Shown: positions 59,227-64,000 of the stretch, in pieces | How the letters are laid out: every line of letters begins with the position of its first letter | Position numbering within the stretch: position 1 is the first letter of the stretch | Source: Thermoplasmatota archaeon | GTDB lineage: Archaea; Thermoplasmatota; Poseidoniia; MGIII; CG-Epi1 | Reading direction: 5' to 3' | DNA length: 64,000 nt | NCBI GenBank assembly: GCA_036148495.1 | Contig: JAYYHK010000036.1 | Coordinates: 2,125-66,124, forward strand | Program-made: the position numbers and the translations under genes | Notes under the pieces: model-generated | Told to the model about the DNA's origin: nothing | Databases searched by the model: none | The model's input: the letters and a program-made list of their open reading frames with translations, nothing else

Positions 59227-60828
59227 ATGAGAATAGCCAGAGTTCTAGTATTATCTTCAATTTTTTTTTTGGTTATCATCGGTTTTTTTGTTGTAAATGC
59301 GGATGCAATGCCCGTTTATGTTAAAGATTTTCAAGGAGAGACATTGACTTTAGATGTTGAGCCAAGTGATACTATTGAAAATGTAAAGGCTAAAATCCAA
59401 GACATTACTGGGACTTCTCCAGCTGATCAACGTTTGATTTTTGCTGGAAAAGAATTAGAAGACGGTAGAACTTTGTCCGACTATAATATTCAGACAGAAT
59501 CAACGTTACATCTTGTTTTGAATTATAATTTTACTTCAGGCTTGCATGTGGATGAAGGCCAAGATATACTTATAACTCATTCTCATATTTGGTTAGAGGG
59601 CGATTTTTTGATTGACGGAAATCTGTCCATCGAAAATTCACATATTAATGTAAATCGCTCCTTAGATATGACTATTTCTGAAATTAGAATAAATTCTACA
59701 GGAATTCTAAACATACATAATTGTACATTTTCCACAGTTAATGATGCGAATTTATCTTACAGTATGTACACTATAGTTTCTGATGCCGGTTCGCTCATTA
59801 TAACCGAATCAAATATAGAATATTCTATGATTTGGCTTGTCGGTGGTCAAGCTAGTATTTCAGATACTTCAATCAATGGCCAAAGTATAGTAAACTATGG
59901 AATATTTTCAGAAGATACAATTTTGAATTTAAGTAATGTCTCGATTTCAGGTTATAGTCTTGGCCTTCGTTCAATTGGTACTGTCCCGTTCCAAGAACAA
60001 GTAACATTTTTCAATTGTTCATCATGGATGACTCAAGAATGGTGGGTTAATTTCACCGCAATAGATACAACAACAGGATTACCAATTACCGGTTTTCAAA
60101 CTAGGCAGTGGGATGTAGATGGAACAATGATAGGTAGTTGGAACTGGGCCAAAGAATTTGAAATTAATTCAGATGGTATACGAATAGACCATACTTCAAA
60201 CTTCTCGGCATTCGCAAATTTTGGTTTTGCTCACGTTGATGACGAATGGTCTCAAGTCATAACCGAAAATACTGTACTTACACGCTATTTTAACCTTAAT
60301 TTATCCTCAATAGCTTATGAATCAGCAGAAGTTTATGCATCAGGGGAAGTGTGGGAGCCAGGTCAGAAAGTTCCTAAATGGTCAGAGATTAATGTGCTAG
60401 TTACAATTGCTAATCCTACTGATTATAATTTTTCAAATTTATTTCTGGATATGGATATTAATAATAACAAAGGTTTTGCCAGAGCTAGTTTGTCACTTTC
60501 CCCTAACAGTGAAACAATTGGTAACATTTCTTGGCAGGCCTCTTTAGAAGGCCCTTTGTCACTAAAGATTACTACTTTTCTAGAGCTAAGCTCATCAGCT
60601 AATCGGACGTTGTCAATGTCCAAATTCGTGGAAGTAGGCAGTAAAGATGTTGAAGAAAAAGAATCAGGAAATATGCTTGTTTTACTTGCAATTTCTATCA
60701 TTTTGGCTGCATGTTCCTTCATTATATATTCTGGCGTTGAAGAGGCGGATGAATTATCTGAAGAAGAAATAGCCTTAGCTTCAGGAAGTAACAAATCAAA
60801 TAAGATTGGCTCAGATGAAGAAGAGTGA
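59227..60828 (+). CDS. Membrane-anchored surface protein with an N-terminal eukaryote-like ubiquitin domain, beta-helix-like region and Ig/CARDB-like domain
   Basis: Signal peptide at aa 1-27 (ending A-D-A). aa 28-98 (59308-59520) match human ubiquitin at 54/71 positions by manual alignment. Then beta-helix-like repeats, an Ig-like domain, TM helix [19 protein letters not shown] and an acidic tail. Confidence 0.92.
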   Translation: MRIARVLVLSSIFFLVIIGFFVVNADAMPVYVKDFQGETLTLDVEPSDTIENVKAKIQDITGTSPADQRLIFAGKELEDGRTLSDYNIQTESTLHLVLNYNFTSGLHVDEGQDILITHSHIWLEGDFLIDGNLSIENSHINVNRSLDMTISEIRINSTGILNIHNCTFSTVNDANLSYSMYTIVSDAGSLIITESNIEYSMIWLVGGQASISDTSINGQSIVNYGIFSEDTILNLSNVSISGYSLGLRSIGTVPFQEQVTFFNCSSWMTQEWWVNFTAIDTTTGLPITGFQTRQWDVDGTMIGSWNWAKEFEINSDGIRIDHTSNFSAFANFGFAHVDDEWSQVITENTVLTRYFNLNLSSIAYESAEVYASGEVWEPGQKVPKWSEINVLVTIANPTDYNFSNLFLDMDINNNKGFARASLSLSPNSETIGNISWQASLEGPLSLKITTFLELSSSANRTLSMSKFVEVGSKDVEEKESGNMLVLLAISIILAACSFIIYSGVEEADELSEEEIALASGSNKSNKIGSDEEE

Positions 60829-61811
60829 ACGTGTCAGCGATAATATTAGGTATTGAGTCAACAGCCCATACAGCAGGCGTTGGAATTATTACTTCAGAGG
60901 GCAAAATTTTGTCTAATCAGAGGTCGATGTATATTCCGGAAGAAGGTGGAATCCATCCACGTGAGGCTGCAAGGCATCATTCCGACACTTTTCCAATATT
61001 GTTTGAGAAAGCCTTTCAGGAAGCTAAGTTGAAGCCTAATGATATTTCCCTAGTTTCGTATGCTAGAGGTCCTGGTTTAGGGCCCTGTCTCAGAACAGGA
61101 GCTACTGCAGCCAGAGCTTTTGCTTACACTCATGATATTCCCCTTATTGGAGTAAATCATTGTGTGGCTCATTTAGAAATCGGGTTACTTGAAGGGGCAA
61201 CAGATCCGGTTTTACTTTATTTGTCTGGTGCCAATACTCAAGTTATAGCGTATGCTTCTGAAAAGTATAGGGTGTTTGGTGAGACTATTGACATTGGAAT
61301 TGGCAATGGTTTAGATAAATTTGCCAGAGAAGCTGGAATGGGTTTTCCAGGCGGTCCGAAAATTGAAAAATTAGCGAAAGGTCCAGAACTATTGGATTTA
61401 CCTTATTCAGTAAAAGGGATGGATATGGCCTTCTCTGGTTTAATGACTGCAGCGAAGTCTAAGTTAGATTCAGGCCACTCTATTGAAACTGTCACATATT
61501 CATTACAAGAGCATGCTTTTGCAATGTCTTGCGAAGTTGCGGAAAGAGCTCTGGCACATACTGGAAAGACTGAATTAGTATTAGGAGGAGGTGTAGCATG
61601 TAACGAGAGACTAAGAGAAATGGCTACTATTATGACTGAGGAACGAGGAGTCAAGTGTTTCATACCTTCGAAAGATTTGTGCGTTGATAATGGAGTAATG
61701 ATTGGCTGGTTAGGCCACCAAATGGTCAGTGGAAATTATGAAATAACTGATGAAGATAACAGAGTTCATCAAAAATATCGTACAGATATGGTAGAGGTAA
61801 CTTGGAGATGA
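60825..61811 (+). CDS. kae1: KEOPS tRNA N6-threonylcarbamoyltransferase Kae1
   Basis: [54 protein letters not shown]. Confidence 0.97.
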   Translation: MNVSAIILGIESTAHTAGVGIITSEGKILSNQRSMYIPEEGGIHPREAARHHSDTFPILFEKAFQEAKLKPNDISLVSYARGPGLGPCLRTGATAARAFAYTHDIPLIGVNHCVAHLEIGLLEGATDPVLLYLSGANTQVIAYASEKYRVFGETIDIGIGNGLDKFAREAGMGFPGGPKIEKLAKGPELLDLPYSVKGMDMAFSGLMTAAKSKLDSGHSIETVTYSLQEHAFAMSCEVAERALAHTGKTELVLGGGVACNERLREMATIMTEERGVKCFIPSKDLCVDNGVMIGWLGHQMVSGNYEITDEDNRVHQKYRTDMVEVTWR

Positions 61812-62410
61812 TTTTTAGAGGTGCTGAAGCAATTGTTGAAAAAATAGACTGGCAAGGGTTCCCAGCAGTATCGAAGATTCGAAATGAAAGGTCTTACAGA
61901 CATCCGGATTTAGAAAAGAGATTGGTGAAAGAGAGACTGAGAAGCGAGTCTCGAATTATTGAGCGTTTATTATCAGATGGCATTTCAGTTCCATCAATTT
62001 ATGAGGTTAATGTAGATAAGTCTCAAATAATCATGGAATTCATTGATGGTATTACTCTCGAGAAAGGACTTCGAACTGATAATTTCGAGGAATATTTGGT
62101 TTCTTCAGCCAAATTATTGTCACAAATACATTCATCAAGCATAGTCCATGGAGATCCCACAACTAGCAATTTTATGATTTTAGATAAATTATATGCAATA
62201 GATTTTGGACTTTCCAGTTTTGATGACGACGCTGAATCCAGAGCTTCAGATCTTCGGGTTTTTTTGGAATCTTTGGAAGCTCATCATTCTGAGATATTAG
62301 GGAGAGATATTTTCTTGGCTGCATACTCTAAATGGTCTCAGTCGAAAGAAGTACTCAATGCTTTGGAAGTATTAGAGTTACGTGGCCGGTATAATTTAAT
62401 GCGAGGTTAG
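61808..62410 (+). CDS. bud32: KEOPS kinase/ATPase Bud32
   Basis: GAEA, YRHPDL, IVHGDPTTSN, IDFGL. Start placed at ATG 61808 (ATGA overlap with the kae1 stop). Confidence 0.95.
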   Translation: MIFRGAEAIVEKIDWQGFPAVSKIRNERSYRHPDLEKRLVKERLRSESRIIERLLSDGISVPSIYEVNVDKSQIIMEFIDGITLEKGLRTDNFEEYLVSSAKLLSQIHSSSIVHGDPTTSNFMILDKLYAIDFGLSSFDDDAESRASDLRVFLESLEAHHSEILGRDIFLAAYSKWSQSKEVLNALEVLELRGRYNLMRG

Positions 62411-62455
62411 GCTCACTGTAATAAATCCCCCCTACTAATACTCAATAGGCTCACT

Positions 62456-64000
62456 TTGAATATAATACGAAAGTTCTTCGCACTAGCTTTTCTCTCAATG
62501 ATTGTTATGTCAATCCCTGACGTAGAAGCAGACAAGGAACCTGTATGGAGCTGGTCTTCATCTAGCCCCGTAACTAACGTCGCAATATCATCAGATTCAA
62601 TTAATCTTTCTGCAACATATGGTCAATCAGTATCATTGTGGAAAAATGGAACATCTTCCCCTTATAATACAAAGACTCTCTCGCAAGGTATTAGTTACAT
62701 GGAAATGTCATCTAATGGAATGTATGTTTTAACTGGAGAAGAAACAAATAAGTTGACTCTGTGGCAAGATGGAACTAAAGTATGGGATAAAGGCGGATTT
62801 CTCAATGGCTTGTACGGGATAGATATTTCCTCAGACGGTTCGAATATAACCGCAGTAGATCGTAGAAATGTTTATTTCTTTGATAAAGGAAGTAATAGTG
62901 AGGTATGGAATGAAAACTTTGCGACTCAAGAAATGTCTACTGTAGCAATTTCTCCAGATGGTAGATATATTGCTGCAGGAACCTTTGATGGGAATGTGTA
63001 TGTTTTTTTAACATTAGATAAGGATGATGTATGGTACCATTCTGATGCGCTCGATGGTAAAATAACAGATATCTCTTTTTCAGGAGATAGCTCACATTTA
63101 ATTATTGGAACAGAATCTGGACGAGTTCATGTATATTCTTCGGAGGGAGGAGACCCTATGACAATGTTTCAGCCTAACGAGGTTTCATGCGTTGCGGCCG
63201 GATTAAATTCTAAGTATTATATTTACGGAACTTCTGAAGGCATGTTGACGCTTTTTGATGGCATTCTTGGAGCAGATATATGGCAAAAAAATATTGGTGG
63301 TGAGATTAAAGATTGTGTGTTCAATGGAAGAAGTACATACGTTTTTGCTGGTTCAGATAATAGAAAAATTGTTTTAGCCAATGTTACTACAGGTGATGAA
63401 GTTTGGAGAGTAAACGCAGTTAGTTCAGTTAATTCAGTTTCTCTATCGGACAGAGGTGAAAATTTATTGGTTGGTACAAATTCAGGTCTATCAATTTATT
63501 ATGAACAGTTGTTAGATAATCAGGCTCCAGTTGCAGAAATAGATCAAATAAATCCTACTATAGCTTTGCCTGGTGAATCTGTTACTTTCGTAGGTTCAGC
63601 TACAGACATAGATGGTTTTGTTTCAAATTACCATTGGTCTTCATCTATAGATGGTAATCTTTCCAACCTCAGTAATTTCACAATTTCAAACTTAACAATG
63701 GGTTTGCATGTAATTTCATTTATGGCTCAAGATGATGAAGGTAGGTGGGGTATTCCTGTCTCAATGGAATTAGGTGTTGGTGATTTTCCCGAAGTTTCAA
63801 TTTTATCAGTTTCTAATTGCATTGATTTGGAAAATTGTTTGATAAGCTTAGGTGATACACTTTCAGTCATTGCGATTGCTTCCTCTTTGACATCAGACGA
63901 TATTTCAATCGAAGAATATGAGTGGATTTCAAATATAGATGGCTTAGTTTCTAGCAGTTTAAATTTATCAACTACAGATTTGAGTCTAGGTTCACACACA
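62456..64000 (+). CDS. Secreted WD40-like beta-propeller plus PKD-domain protein (partial, runs off the window end); not in the ORF track
   Basis: Open frame from TTG 62456 to the window end. Signal peptide MNIIRKFFALAFLSMIVMSIPDVEA, WD40-like blades (VAISPDGRYIAAGTFDGNVYVF, ISFSGDSSHLIIGTESGRVHVY), then PKD-like NQAPVAEI...ATDIDGFVSNYHWSSSIDG. Confidence 0.85.
   Translation, partial: MNIIRKFFALAFLSMIVMSIPDVEADKEPVWSWSSSSPVTNVAISSDSINLSATYGQSVSLWKNGTSSPYNTKTLSQGISYMEMSSNGMYVLTGEETNKLTLWQDGTKVWDKGGFLNGLYGIDISSDGSNITAVDRRNVYFFDKGSNSEVWNENFATQEMSTVAISPDGRYIAAGTFDGNVYVFLTLDKDDVWYHSDALDGKITDISFSGDSSHLIIGTESGRVHVYSSEGGDPMTMFQPNEVSCVAAGLNSKYYIYGTSEGMLTLFDGILGADIWQKNIGGEIKDCVFNGRSTYVFAGSDNRKIVLANVTTGDEVWRVNAVSSVNSVSLSDRGENLLVGTNSGLSIYYEQLLDNQAPVAEIDQINPTIALPGESVTFVGSATDIDGFVSNYHWSSSIDGNLSNLSNFTISNLTMGLHVISFMAQDDEGRWGIPVSMELGVGDFPEVSILSVSNCIDLENCLISLGDTLSVIAIASSLTSDDISIEEYEWISNIDGLVSSSLNLSTTDLSLGSHT

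Noticed and set aside
59151..59279. 43-aa N-terminal extension of the minus-strand ORF overlapping the Ub-fusion gene start
   Set aside because: The signal peptide begins at ATG 59150. The extension covers the divergent promoter region.
61790..61820. Possible frameshift splitting a kae1-bud32 fusion
   Set aside because: Clean ATGA overlap with an SD-like GAGGT upstream, and both genes are full length. Split forms are common in archaea.

Overview
An AT-rich, gene-dense archaeal chromosome segment. It carries eL21, eL41, Rpo4, PriS, Pus10, Taw1, Kae1/Bud32, two geranylgeranyl reductase paralogues and DUF3198/DUF655-like genes. Together with GrpE/DnaK, large secreted CARDB/PKD proteins and peptide or amino-acid uptake systems, this points to a marine Thermoplasmatota (Marine Group II/III-like; inference). 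Most of the window is housekeeping: translation and tRNA modification, tRNA-Val(TAC), class II RNR, NadE, Mdh/PckA, a Liv-type ABC transporter and a DtxR-regulated metal permease. I saw no transposase, integrase, prophage, rRNA or CRISPR array. The standout is 59227-60828, a signal-peptide, membrane-anchored surface protein. Its mature N-terminus is a near-canonical eukaryotic ubiquitin (54/71 identical to human Ub by manual alignment, no C-terminal GG), and the gene is coupled to kae1-bud32. About 2 kb upstream, a 1777-aa multi-Ig surface protein ends in a second, cytoplasmic, divergent ubiquitin-like domain. Other highlights are an operon of an unannotated 4-Cys microprotein, a YitH-type GNAT and an anticodon-domain-less CysRS paralogue (MshC/MshD-like logic), a zinc-ribbon insertion in Rpo4, several small ORFs missed by the track, and several candidate operators and RNA switches.
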